From contig NC_005072.1 of the NCBI RefSeq assembly GCF_000011465.1, positions 1,470,001 through 1,502,000 of the forward strand: a stretch of DNA of 32,000 nt, written 5' to 3'. Shown here one piece after another: positions 21,846 to 31,037 of this stretch. Made by a program: the position numbers and the translations under genes. This DNA is from Prochlorococcus marinus subsp. pastoris str. CCMP1986. Its GTDB lineage: Bacteria; Cyanobacteriota; Cyanobacteriia; PCC-6307; Cyanobiaceae. Each line of letters starts with the position of its first letter. Positions within the stretch are counted from its first letter, which is position 1. The notes under the pieces were generated by a model. It had not been told where the DNA came from. It saw only the letters and a list, made by a program, of their open reading frames with translations, and made no database searches.

Positions 21846-23294
21846 CTAATCGTAAGGAAGCATATAGTTTATTTGTTTTGAAGGTTGAATACTTTTTAAA
21901 ATTAATCTACCCCATTTTCTTTTATGTGCTCTTCCATCAAGAATTATTAATTTACCAGCGTTTTTTCTTAAAGGTGAAATAGACCTTTCTAATTTTTTTA
22001 TTGCCTCAGGAAGTAAAAATTCTCGGAACCAATCTTTAGAAAGATTTCTGTTATGTGAGATAGTCAATTTATTGATAGGCTCTTTAATGCTTGGGATTGG
22101 TAGTAATGGAATAATTATTTGTTCTGGACTTTGTATACAATAAGAATTATTGATCCACCAGGTATAGCTAGCACATAGAATTTCATTATTAAACAATGGA
22201 ATATTCTCTAGCAAAACTCGCTTCCCATAGATAGAGGCTAATTCTGTAGCAAATTTAAGCTTCAAATCAACGTCATCAGATAAAAATAAAGTCAGACCTT
22301 TTGAGAAAATTATTAATTTTTTAGACTTATCTAAAATATTTTTTGTAAACATTGGATTATTTGGAAGCATTTGTCTAGGCGGAACGTATATTAAGATTTT
22401 ATTTTCAATAAAATTACTCCTAAAGTTCATTACCAAATCAATGTTTAAACTTTCTTTCTTGAGATACTTTTGAAAAAAATTATCTTCTCTTAATGCGGAC
22501 AAAAAAACAAATTTATTATTAATTAGTAAATGTTTTATCTGAGAAAGTTCATCCATAGGTTCTAAATAAAAATTCCACTCAAAATTTATATCATCTAAAG
22601 TTACCCAGCATGCCCAACCTGCAGAAAGAGCATTACTTACCCTCAAAAATTGATCAGAATATGAAGAGTTTTCAAAAAAGAAATTAGAAAGAAAATTTAT
22701 TTCTTCTTTATCTAAAAAAATACTCCTACTATCTAAAACTTTTCTCAAGAAAAACTTCTTTTTAAGTAGGTTGTACGTACTAATTATCTTTTGACTTTTA
22801 GATGATGCTTGTTCAAAGTTATGAAACCAATTTTTTTTCAAAAATGAAATTCTAAAATAGTTTTTTAAATCTTCTTTTATATTTTCAATCCCAGAAAAAA
22901 TAATCCGATGATTTCTAGCATTAAAAATATTTACATCACCTAGCAGTTTTTCCAGAGAGATAAAAGAAACTCGGTGATTTGAAAAAATTATTTGATCATT
23001 TTCTAAAATAAAATTTAACCCAAGCCTTTTTAATTCTCCTAAGTAATTATTTTTTAAAAAATTTATTTTGTCTTGAGATAAAACAAAAGTCGAATTTTCT
23101 TCGAATAAAAATATAGAAATCAACAGAGCGGGTTGCCAAATATTAGTAGAAAAAATTTCCGAGTTAATCAGATAAGTTTCATTTGTTTGAAGACACTTTG
23201 AAATTATTCTCCCGAAAGAATAAATATGATCCCAATCTATATCATGGGATCTAATAAATCTTTTTAAGTACTGATGACTTAAAATTTCAAGCAT
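21846..23294 (-). CDS. DinG/Rad3-like helicase-related protein, apparently degenerate
   Basis: The C terminus LLPEAIKKLERSISPLRKNAGKLIILDGRAHKRKWGRLILKSI resembles the DinG motif VI region. No canonical Walker A or DEAH is seen. Confidence 0.55.
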   Translation of the reverse strand: MLEILSHQYLKRFIRSHDIDWDHIYSFGRIISKCLQTNETYLINSEIFSTNIWQPALLISIFLFEENSTFVLSQDKINFLKNNYLGELKRLGLNFILENDQIIFSNHRVSFISLEKLLGDVNIFNARNHRIIFSGIENIKEDLKNYFRISFLKKNWFHNFEQASSKSQKIISTYNLLKKKFFLRKVLDSRSIFLDKEEINFLSNFFFENSSYSDQFLRVSNALSAGWACWVTLDDINFEWNFYLEPMDELSQIKHLLINNKFVFLSALREDNFFQKYLKKESLNIDLVMNFRSNFIENKILIYVPPRQMLPNNPMFTKNILDKSKKLIIFSKGLTLFLSDDVDLKLKFATELASIYGKRVLLENIPLFNNEILCASYTWWINNSYCIQSPEQIIIPLLPIPSIKEPINKLTISHNRNLSKDWFREFLLPEAIKKLERSISPLRKNAGKLIILDGRAHKRKWGRLILKSIQPSKQINYMLPYD

Positions 23295-23387
23295 TATATA
23301 ATTTTAGTAATATCAAATTGAAAAAAACATGATCTTAATATACAAAAAATTGTTATCAATATAAAAAAGCCTCAAATAAATAAATCA

Positions 23388-24227
23388 ATGAATATTGGAA
23401 TTGTAGGTCTAGGACTTATTGGTGGTTCAATAGGATTAAAACTCCAAAGATTAAAACACACTATTTACGGAGTCACAAACAATAACCTTAATAAAAAAAA
23501 GGCAATAGAGAGAAATCTTGCAAACGTTGTTAGCTGCGATTTAGGAATCCTAAAAGAATGTTCTCTAATTATATTGGCATTACCGATTAAAGATCTAATC
23601 TATCCTTCTAACGATCTAATAAATGCGATTCCAAAAGATGCAATAGTGACCGATGTCGGCTCTATAAAAGAACCAATAATTAACACATGGGGGGGAATAC
23701 ATCCATTATTTATTGGTTCACATCCCATGGCAGGCACAGAAGAAAAAGGAGTTGAATCAGGTTTCGAAAGTTTATTAGAAAATGCAAAATGGATTATCAC
23801 TCCTACTTCGAAAACCAATTCACATTCATTAAAAACGCTGAGTAAATTAATAACTTCTATGCAATGTGAGATTTATAAAGCATCACCAAAAGAGCATGAT
23901 GAAGCTGTTTCTTTAATATCTCATTTACCGATATTTGTTGCTTCTTCATTAATAAAAACTGCCAATGCAGAGAAGAATGAATCGCTATTGGCTCTGACTC
24001 AACGACTTGCAGCTACAGGATATGCAGATACAACAAGAGTTGGAGGTGGAAATCCGAATTTAGGTTTGGATTTGGCTATAAATAATCAGACAAATATCTT
24101 AAAAGCAATTAAAGAGTTTAAAAAAAATATTAATGAAATCGAATCTCTAATTAAAAACAATGAGTGGGAATTATTATCTGAAAAACTTACAAAAGCGATA
24201 GAAATCAGATCAAATTTTACAAATTAA
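23388..24227 (+). CDS. tyrA: Prephenate/arogenate dehydrogenase
   Basis: NAD-binding MNIGIVGLGLIGGSIGLKL, then HPLFIGSHPMAGTEEKGVE and HDEAVSLISHLPIFVASSLI. Confidence 0.88.
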   Translation: MNIGIVGLGLIGGSIGLKLQRLKHTIYGVTNNNLNKKKAIERNLANVVSCDLGILKECSLIILALPIKDLIYPSNDLINAIPKDAIVTDVGSIKEPIINTWGGIHPLFIGSHPMAGTEEKGVESGFESLLENAKWIITPTSKTNSHSLKTLSKLITSMQCEIYKASPKEHDEAVSLISHLPIFVASSLIKTANAEKNESLLALTQRLAATGYADTTRVGGGNPNLGLDLAINNQTNILKAIKEFKKNINEIESLIKNNEWELLSEKLTKAIEIRSNFTN

Positions 24228-24233
24228 AAAATC

Positions 24234-25739
24234 TTATAAATAAAAATCATTAATTCCTTTAGAAGCTAAAATTTGCCTTGCAACCATTACTGCTGACTGA
24301 CTAACACCCGCTGTCCCTTCTCCTGGATAAATAGAATCGCCACATAACCATAAACCTTTAAAAGGAGTTCTACTTGATAACCCAAATAATCCAAAAATAT
24401 CAGGATTTTGACCTAGACCACCTACTATCCCATTTGGCCTGTTAGTCCACCTTTCAAATCCTAATGGAGTAGCCAATTCCTTATGAAGCCAATTTTCAGA
24501 AGCAATATCAAATTGGTTTTCAAGTGCCATTGATATTTTTTGTAAATACTCCTTTTTTTTCTTTATATAGTCATGTTTATCTAAACTAAACCAGTCATTC
24601 GTTTTTGTAAAAAGACTTGCTATCAATGTAATCTCGCCTTTTGGAGCTCTTCCATCTCCCTCCTCACTTATGGATACAAAAAGTGACCCTAATTCATTTG
24701 AAACAAACTGATAATGATTGGAAGAGATTACTTTAATATGTTCTTTTTTTAAAGCTGAATAAAAGACTAACGCACCGCTTGGATCAGGAAGACTTTGTAT
24801 TCTTTTTTTATAATTATAATTATTATCTAGAGGATTTTCTAGATGTTTCAAAAGAGATTGTGGAGGAGGTGTATAAATTACATCATCTGCGAAGTAAACC
24901 ATCTTCTCTTGCTTAGATGATGCACAAACTTTCCAACTCTTTTTTTCATAATCAAAATTAATGGAATTTACTTTTTGCCCGAAAACAATATTAACTCCCC
25001 TTTTTTTTAATGAATCTTCTAAAGCATCACTTAAAGTTTGCATTGATTTTTTTAAATGCCATAAACCATGTGGTTTTTGACACATTTGCAACACTGTAGA
25101 ACCATATAGAGCTGCAGTGTTATAAACATCTTCTTGTGAATAAAGCTTTAATTGCAAATTAAGAAACTTAATTAATCTTTCATTATTAGATAATCCACAA
25201 AAACGTAAAAGATCAAAGATAGTAGATCTAATCAATATTCCTGTAACTAAATTCGTTGGAACTAATGCTGTAAGAAGTTGCAAAAAATCCCAATAATTCT
25301 TGACGGGTAATACTGGGTTATTATTAGCAAAAGTCCAATTACTCTGATGAATTAAATTACATAGTTGCCAAAATTGACGACTACCTGGGAACTGCATCTC
25401 CCTCTCCTTAATCCATTCATCTTTGTCATACCAGATAGGAATTGGCTTGCTGCCATCTTTTAAGTCAACAATGCAAGCTGGGTTTAAGATGGATGCTTCA
25501 GGAAGAGGAATGTCTAAAAATTTAAAAATCTTAGAGTGTATTCCCCCTTCTTCCAGACCGGCGACTTGAGTTGCTCCAACATCAAAAATATATCTTTTTC
25601 TTTTAAAGGTTCCTGCACAACCTCCCGATTGAGTATGCGACTCAATCAAAGTCACTGAAAGCCCTAGTTTTGATAAAATTGCCGCAGAAGTTAGCCCGGC
25701 TATACCAGCACCAACAACAACAATTTCAGTCTTTGACAT
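24234..25739 (-). CDS. CrtD/CrtH-like FAD-dependent carotenoid desaturase or isomerase family protein
   Basis: FAD-binding IVVVGAGIAGLTSAAILSKLG...GGCAGTFKRKRYIFDVGATQ and the C-terminal LWLCGDSIYPGEGTAGVSQSAVMVARQI. The subfamily is not certain; CrtD (C-3',4' desaturase) is favoured. Confidence 0.75.
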   Translation of the reverse strand: MSKTEIVVVGAGIAGLTSAAILSKLGLSVTLIESHTQSGGCAGTFKRKRYIFDVGATQVAGLEEGGIHSKIFKFLDIPLPEASILNPACIVDLKDGSKPIPIWYDKDEWIKEREMQFPGSRQFWQLCNLIHQSNWTFANNNPVLPVKNYWDFLQLLTALVPTNLVTGILIRSTIFDLLRFCGLSNNERLIKFLNLQLKLYSQEDVYNTAALYGSTVLQMCQKPHGLWHLKKSMQTLSDALEDSLKKRGVNIVFGQKVNSINFDYEKKSWKVCASSKQEKMVYFADDVIYTPPPQSLLKHLENPLDNNYNYKKRIQSLPDPSGALVFYSALKKEHIKVISSNHYQFVSNELGSLFVSISEEGDGRAPKGEITLIASLFTKTNDWFSLDKHDYIKKKKEYLQKISMALENQFDIASENWLHKELATPLGFERWTNRPNGIVGGLGQNPDIFGLFGLSSRTPFKGLWLCGDSIYPGEGTAGVSQSAVMVARQILASKGINDFYL

Positions 25740-25743
25740 TAAA

Positions 25744-26622
25744 ATGCAAAAAATACCACATATCGAACTTAACGAAATTTGTTATCAATTAGGTGAAGGA
25801 TCACCAAAAAGTATAAAACAAGTTTTTGGGGGAGATATTCATGAGTCGTGGCAAATAGAATTTAAAAACGCTAAATTCTTTCTTAAAAGAAATGCAAGAG
25901 AAGGAAGATTTCTCGAATTTGAAAAATCTTGCCTTAATAATCTACAAAAATATCTTAACTATGAAAACTTAATCGTTCCTAAAATCATTTCCTACTTAGA
26001 AGTTAATAATGTAGAACTTTTATTATTGGAATGGATAGATATGAAGAATAGTGATCAGGAAAAATTAGGAAGGGGTTTAGGAGAAATGCATATTGAATCA
26101 AATAAATTTAATCAACCAAATTTTGGATATCCGATTCATGGTTTTATAGGAACCACAAATCAAATAAAAGGATGGGAAAAGGATTGGATTAAATGTTTTA
26201 TTAATTTAAGAATTGAACCTCAATTAGCAATCTTGGAAAAAGATTTTTTAGAAATTGATATTAAAAATAAAATAAAGTCAAAAATTGAATCGGTACTACT
26301 TGACCATGAACCTATGAAATCACTTGTTCATGGTGATTTATGGTCGGGAAATATAGGAGTAACTCTTATGAATAAAGGTGTAATATTTGACCCTGCATCT
26401 TGGTGGGCAGATTGTGAAGTAGACATTGCTATGACAAGATTATTTGGTAATTTTCGAAATGAATTTTACCAAAATTATCATAAAATTATTCCAATTAAAA
26501 AAGGATCTGAAAGAAGAACTATTATTTATAATTTTTATCACATACTAAATCATGCCAATATGTTTGGTGGTTCATATTGTCATCAAGTCCAAAGCTACAT
26601 CAGGAATATATTGAGTATGTAA
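25744..26622 (+). CDS. Fructosamine kinase / ketosamine-3-kinase family protein
   Basis: GGDIHESWQIEFKNAKFFLKRN, the kinase loop LVHGDLWSGNIGV and IFDPASWWADCEVDIAMTRLFG. Confidence 0.85.
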   Translation: MQKIPHIELNEICYQLGEGSPKSIKQVFGGDIHESWQIEFKNAKFFLKRNAREGRFLEFEKSCLNNLQKYLNYENLIVPKIISYLEVNNVELLLLEWIDMKNSDQEKLGRGLGEMHIESNKFNQPNFGYPIHGFIGTTNQIKGWEKDWIKCFINLRIEPQLAILEKDFLEIDIKNKIKSKIESVLLDHEPMKSLVHGDLWSGNIGVTLMNKGVIFDPASWWADCEVDIAMTRLFGNFRNEFYQNYHKIIPIKKGSERRTIIYNFYHILNHANMFGGSYCHQVQSYIRNILSM

Positions 26623-26629
26623 ACTAAAT

Positions 26630-27007
26630 TTATCCTAAATATGTTTTTTTGAGATTTTGGACCTTCTCTAGAACTGCTTCACGATTTTCACTTGTACGGA
26701 GATTTTGCCAACTCCATTGACCTACAACAACTACTCCCAGTAATTCTAGAAGGCCAGGTAGAATCGGGAAAAAATTAATCGTGTCAATAATAACTTTAAT
26801 TATTATTTGAGCGATAACAACAACGGCAATTATGCCTGCTGCTTTACCATACTTTCCCATTTGGGTCCAATCAATAGTTCCAAGTGTTTCATTGATTTTT
26901 CCCATTACATCAGAATACTTCTCTGAAAAGCTTTTACTTTCTGAGTTTGTTTCGGAGCCGGAGTCTTGATTTGACTCAGGAGTGTTATCACTCATGAATT
27001 CAGTCAA
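26630..27007 (-). CDS. CAAD-domain-like membrane protein (thylakoid curvature CURT1-type candidate)
   Basis: Acidic N terminus, an amphipathic segment, two hydrophobic helices (GIIAVVVIAQIIIKVIIDTINFFPILPGLLELLGVVVVGQWSWQNL) and a charged C-terminal helix. Confidence 0.7.
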   Translation of the reverse strand: MTEFMSDNTPESNQDSGSETNSESKSFSEKYSDVMGKINETLGTIDWTQMGKYGKAAGIIAVVVIAQIIIKVIIDTINFFPILPGLLELLGVVVVGQWSWQNLRTSENREAVLEKVQNLKKTYLG

Positions 27008-27282
27008 CTTAATATATGAACCAGACAGTATCGGAAAAATTGTCAGTTGACTACCTTTTTGTTATGCATAATTCCGAACCGAAACATTTTGTATTCTGAA
27101 ATATACATTGATACTAGGAAAGTTTTAAGATATTTAACCCTAAATTTGAATTATAAAAAATTCACAATATCATCTTGTTCTAACAAAAAACACTTTAAAA
27201 CTTCATCAACATAAAAAAAATAAAAAGACTATGATAATTATTTAAATTATTATATTTTCATAGATTATTTTTTATAATAAAA

Positions 27283-28431
27283 ATGGCAATATCAACTGAT
27301 CTAAATTCTGATTTCTTAACTTTAGATGAAAAGGAAAGATACAAAAAGCATTTAACTTTAAAAGAAATAGGATTGAAAGGGCAATTAAAACTAAAAAATA
27401 GTTCAGTAATATGTATTGGAGCAGGCGGACTGGGTTCTTCAGTTTTACTTTATCTTGCCGCTTTAGGAATAGGAAGAATTGGAATAGTTGATAATGATCA
27501 AGTTGAAAAGTCGAATCTACAAAGACAAATTATTCATGAAACAAATACGGTTGGAAATTTAAAAATTAATTCTGCCCATGAGAGAATTAAAAGATTTAAT
27601 CCTAATATTGAAGTAACAACATTTAATAAAAGAATAAACTCTGAAAATGTTATTGAAATCATTAAAGACTTTGATATTATTTGTGATTGTTCAGATAACT
27701 TTGGTACTCGGTATTTAATAAACGATGCCTGTTTAATACTTAATAAGGCTTTTGTTTTTGGAAGTGTTCAGGGTTTTGAGGGCCAAATAAGTGTCTTTAA
27801 TCTCAATAAAAAGAGTCCTAATTTAAGAGACTTACTACCAGAATCCCCGGTAAAAAACAATATCCCAAGCTGTGAAGAGTTTGGGGTTGTGGGAGTTTCA
27901 ACTGGTCTTATAGGGATTTTACAAGTAAATGAGATAATAAAAATTATTCTAAAAAAAGGAGAGATTCTTGACGGCAAGATTATGATTTTTGACCTACTAA
28001 ATATGAATATAAAAACTTTAAATTTAAAATCTGACAAGTTAAATAAAAATATTAAAAACCTTTCTCAATTTGAAGATTTTTACAAAGATAATGAATGCCA
28101 AGATAATATTAAAATCAAGAAAATTAACGCTAAAGAATTTAATACCCTATACAAAGCAAAATTAAATAAAATACTTCTACTAGATGTCAGAGAAAAAGAA
28201 GAGTTTAATCAATGCTCTATAAAAGGTTCTATATCTATACCCATCAATAAGCTCACACAAAAGTCTCACCTAGAATTTATTAAAAAAGAAAGTTTAGTTA
28301 AAGAAATTTTCACATTGTGCCAATTTGGAAAACGTTCAGAAAAAGCATCAAAAATTTTGATGAAATTTAAAATTTCCTCAACATCAATAGAAGGGGGACT
28401 GAAAAAAATCAATCAAGTCATAATAGGTTAA
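27283..28431 (+). CDS. ThiF/MoeB-type E1-like adenylyltransferase fused to a rhodanese domain
   Basis: ICIGAGGLGSSVLLYLAALGIGRIGIVDNDQVEKSNLQRQIIHE, DCSDNFGTRYLINDAC, and the C-terminal rhodanese LLLDVREKEEFNQCSIKGSISIP...TLCQFGKRSEKASKIL. Confidence 0.88.
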   Translation: MAISTDLNSDFLTLDEKERYKKHLTLKEIGLKGQLKLKNSSVICIGAGGLGSSVLLYLAALGIGRIGIVDNDQVEKSNLQRQIIHETNTVGNLKINSAHERIKRFNPNIEVTTFNKRINSENVIEIIKDFDIICDCSDNFGTRYLINDACLILNKAFVFGSVQGFEGQISVFNLNKKSPNLRDLLPESPVKNNIPSCEEFGVVGVSTGLIGILQVNEIIKIILKKGEILDGKIMIFDLLNMNIKTLNLKSDKLNKNIKNLSQFEDFYKDNECQDNIKIKKINAKEFNTLYKAKLNKILLLDVREKEEFNQCSIKGSISIPINKLTQKSHLEFIKKESLVKEIFTLCQFGKRSEKASKILMKFKISSTSIEGGLKKINQVIIG

Positions 28432-28445
28432 TTATTTAAAAAAAA

Positions 28446-29606
28446 TTAATAATCCACCCCTCTTTTTAAATCAACTCCAACATTTGCGTAATGCTTGTGA
28501 CAAACCATTTCAGAATATACATCTGCTAGTTCAAAGTATGATGGTTCATTTTTACATCTCCCAGTAATAACAACTTCTGTATCTGCAGGTTTTTTTATGA
28601 GAGTTTGATATATAGATTCAACAGGTAAAAGTTCTAAATCAACAGTTGGATTTAATTCATCTAAAATAATAGTCTTATATAGACCACTCAAAATAGCCGC
28701 TTTTGCAATTTCCCAGGCTCGTTCAGCTTCAACATAATCAATTGGCTGTTGTTGCCCCCTCCATACTATGGCATCTCTCCCAGAACGTAGATGGTCGACT
28801 AAATGTGGGTAACTCTCTCTCAACGCTTCTATTGCAGCATCTTCGGTATAACCATTACCACCTTTTAGCCATTGTAATATTAAAACTCTATGACTTTTAT
28901 CTTGAGATATTCCTTTGCCAATGGCTTGCAGAGCTTTACCCAATGCACTCGTAGATTTGCCTTTACCTTCGCCGGTATAAACTTCAATACCAGCGGAATT
29001 ATTCATTTTTCTATGAGATTTATTTAAATCCCCTTTTAAGCGTGATCTCATTTCTGAGTGAAGTTGAGATATGCATATCAGTGAAGAGGGTGCTGCTCTT
29101 CCTGTGATAATTATTTCCAAATCTTCAGGTCGATTTTGAAGCGAATTAACCACTTCCTCAATATTAAGCATCCCTAAATCTAAAACAGGATTCAATTCAT
29201 CAAGAACCACTACAGAATAAAGGGAACTAGAAATTGCTCCTTTAGCAATATTCCAACCTCTCTCAGCCTCAGTAATATCAGATTTTGTAACTTGATCAGC
29301 ATTAAAAAATTCAGATCTCCCAGTTCTCACATGATCTATTAAATGAGGGAACCCTCTTTGTAATGCTTCTATTGCAGAGTCTTCATCATATGACCTCTCA
29401 GGGCCTTTTAAGAATCTGAGCAATAACACTCTTGACTGTTTCTTTTCGCATATCCCTAAACCTATTGTTCTAAGTACCACTCCTAAGGCGGCCTGACTTT
29501 TTCCCTTTCCTTCCCCATCGTAAATATGTAATTGACCTTTGGATCTTTCTTGACTGTCACTTGCAGTAACAATACCAATACCTCTATTTCTACCAGTTTT
29601 TGTCAA
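28446..29606 (-). CDS. CobO/BtuR-like corrinoid adenosyltransferase family protein with two tandem domains
   Basis: Two P-loops (YDGEGKGKSQAALG and YTGEGKGKSTSALG), each followed by RVL.LRFLKG/RVLILQWLKG, VVLDELNP/IILDELNP and IITGRA/VITGRC. Confidence 0.82.
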   Translation of the reverse strand: MTKTGRNRGIGIVTASDSQERSKGQLHIYDGEGKGKSQAALGVVLRTIGLGICEKKQSRVLLLRFLKGPERSYDEDSAIEALQRGFPHLIDHVRTGRSEFFNADQVTKSDITEAERGWNIAKGAISSSLYSVVVLDELNPVLDLGMLNIEEVVNSLQNRPEDLEIIITGRAAPSSLICISQLHSEMRSRLKGDLNKSHRKMNNSAGIEVYTGEGKGKSTSALGKALQAIGKGISQDKSHRVLILQWLKGGNGYTEDAAIEALRESYPHLVDHLRSGRDAIVWRGQQQPIDYVEAERAWEIAKAAILSGLYKTIILDELNPTVDLELLPVESIYQTLIKKPADTEVVITGRCKNEPSYFELADVYSEMVCHKHYANVGVDLKRGVDY

Positions 29607-29716
29607 TTGAGAAAAAGTTAGTAAATTTAATCTAGGATATAGTTAATAATATTATTAAAACTTTAATAATTAACTCAACCTATGTATATCTTAATTTAAA
29701 TTTTAATAACAGTCAT

Positions 29717-30541
29717 ATGTTCTATAAACTTGAAATCCTCTCTCATGAACAAAGTGAAAAACTCAAGGAAATTAGAAACTTTTTCAAAAATCTCAATAGC
29801 GTTTGTGTTGCCTATTCAGGAGGAGTTGATAGTACATTGGTAGCCTCTTTGGCATTTGAGCAATTAGGAAGCAAAGCGATTGCAATTACTGGAGTTTCCC
29901 CCGCATTAGCTAAAACATTACTTGAAGAGGCAAAAACTCAAGCAAGATGGATTGGAATACAACATTTAGAAATTGAGACTTCAGAATTAGATCAATCTAG
30001 TTATAGTAAAAATCCTAAAAATAGATGTTTTGCTTGCAAAAAAGAGCTTCACAAACACACTACATTTTTATCTAAAAAACTTAATTACAAGATTGTCTGT
30101 GACGGAGTTAATCTTGACGATCTTGACGATTACAGGCCTGGGATTAAAGCAGCTAAAGAAGCAGGAGTTTTATCTCCCTTAGCATTATTTAAGTTTACAA
30201 AAAAAGATATAAGGGATATATCAAGAGCATTGGGTTTCCCTTGGTGGGATAAACCTGCTCAACCTTGTTTATCATCAAGATTTCCTTATGGAAATCAAAT
30301 TACAAATGAAAGACTAAACATGGTAGAAAAAGCTGAAGAATATATTAAGAAAGGGAGCATATCAGAAGTCAGAGTTAGATGTCATGGTTCAACAGCAAGA
30401 ATTGAGATTCCTAAAAATGAATTACAAATATTTTGTAAAGAATATGATTTTAATGAATTAGTTAACTATTTCTCTAATCTAGGATTTAATTGCACAAGCT
30501 TGGATCTTGAGGGTTTAATAAGCGGCAAGCTAAATAGATAA
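29717..30541 (+). CDS. larE: ATP-dependent sacrificial sulfur transferase LarE-like protein
   Basis: PP-loop VAYSGGVDSTLVASLA, NRCFACKKEL, DGVNLDDLDDYRPGIKAAKEAGVLSPL and PCLSSRFPYG. Confidence 0.85.
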   Translation: MFYKLEILSHEQSEKLKEIRNFFKNLNSVCVAYSGGVDSTLVASLAFEQLGSKAIAITGVSPALAKTLLEEAKTQARWIGIQHLEIETSELDQSSYSKNPKNRCFACKKELHKHTTFLSKKLNYKIVCDGVNLDDLDDYRPGIKAAKEAGVLSPLALFKFTKKDIRDISRALGFPWWDKPAQPCLSSRFPYGNQITNERLNMVEKAEEYIKKGSISEVRVRCHGSTARIEIPKNELQIFCKEYDFNELVNYFSNLGFNCTSLDLEGLISGKLNR

Positions 30542-30556
30542 GTTTCAAAATTTAAT

Positions 30557-30985
30557 TTATTTTTTTATTTGACTATATACTTCTGAAGGTAGATGTCTAT
30601 CAACTATACGCAAGAGATGTTCTTTAGCCATTAAAGCTTGAATTAAGTATTTAGACGATATTTCTGGTTTCATATTTTGACCACATGTAAAAATATCAAC
30701 TGCAGAATAATGGGCTTCAGGCCATGTATGTATTGACATATGAGATTCAGCTAGTAAAGCAATTGCTGTAACACCTTGAGGTTCAAATTTATTACTTATT
30801 AGATTCAAAACTGTTGCATTAGCTAATTTGGCAGCATTATTTAACGTACAACGCAAAAAAGATTCGTCATTTAATTTTTCGTAATCACATCTATAAAGCT
30901 CTAACAAAAAATGCTTACTATTATTAGCTAATTTCTTCTCATCATTTAATGCTTTGAAAGTTTGATTTTTTTTGGGAACTTCCAT
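30557..30985 (-). CDS. speD: S-adenosylmethionine decarboxylase proenzyme
   Basis: GVTAIALLAESHMSIHTWPEAHYSAVDIFTCG, with the pyruvoyl self-cleavage ES-H motif. Confidence 0.88.
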   Translation of the reverse strand: MEVPKKNQTFKALNDEKKLANNSKHFLLELYRCDYEKLNDESFLRCTLNNAAKLANATVLNLISNKFEPQGVTAIALLAESHMSIHTWPEAHYSAVDIFTCGQNMKPEISSKYLIQALMAKEHLLRIVDRHLPSEVYSQIKK

Positions 30986-31037
30986 TAATTAATTGTATTG
31001 GAGTTTGTAGATTAACTAAAACTTAAAAAATTTTTAA

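Noticed and set aside
23600-23818. 72-aa minus-strand ORF antisense to tyrA
   Set aside because: Fully inside a conserved dehydrogenase; composition is that of a shadow frame.
27768-28037. 89-aa minus-strand ORF antisense to the ThiF/MoeB-like gene
   Set aside because: Shadow of an Ile/Lys-rich coding region.
28703-28954. 83-aa plus-strand ORF antisense to the CobO-like gene
   Set aside because: Shadow ORF with no domain-like pattern.
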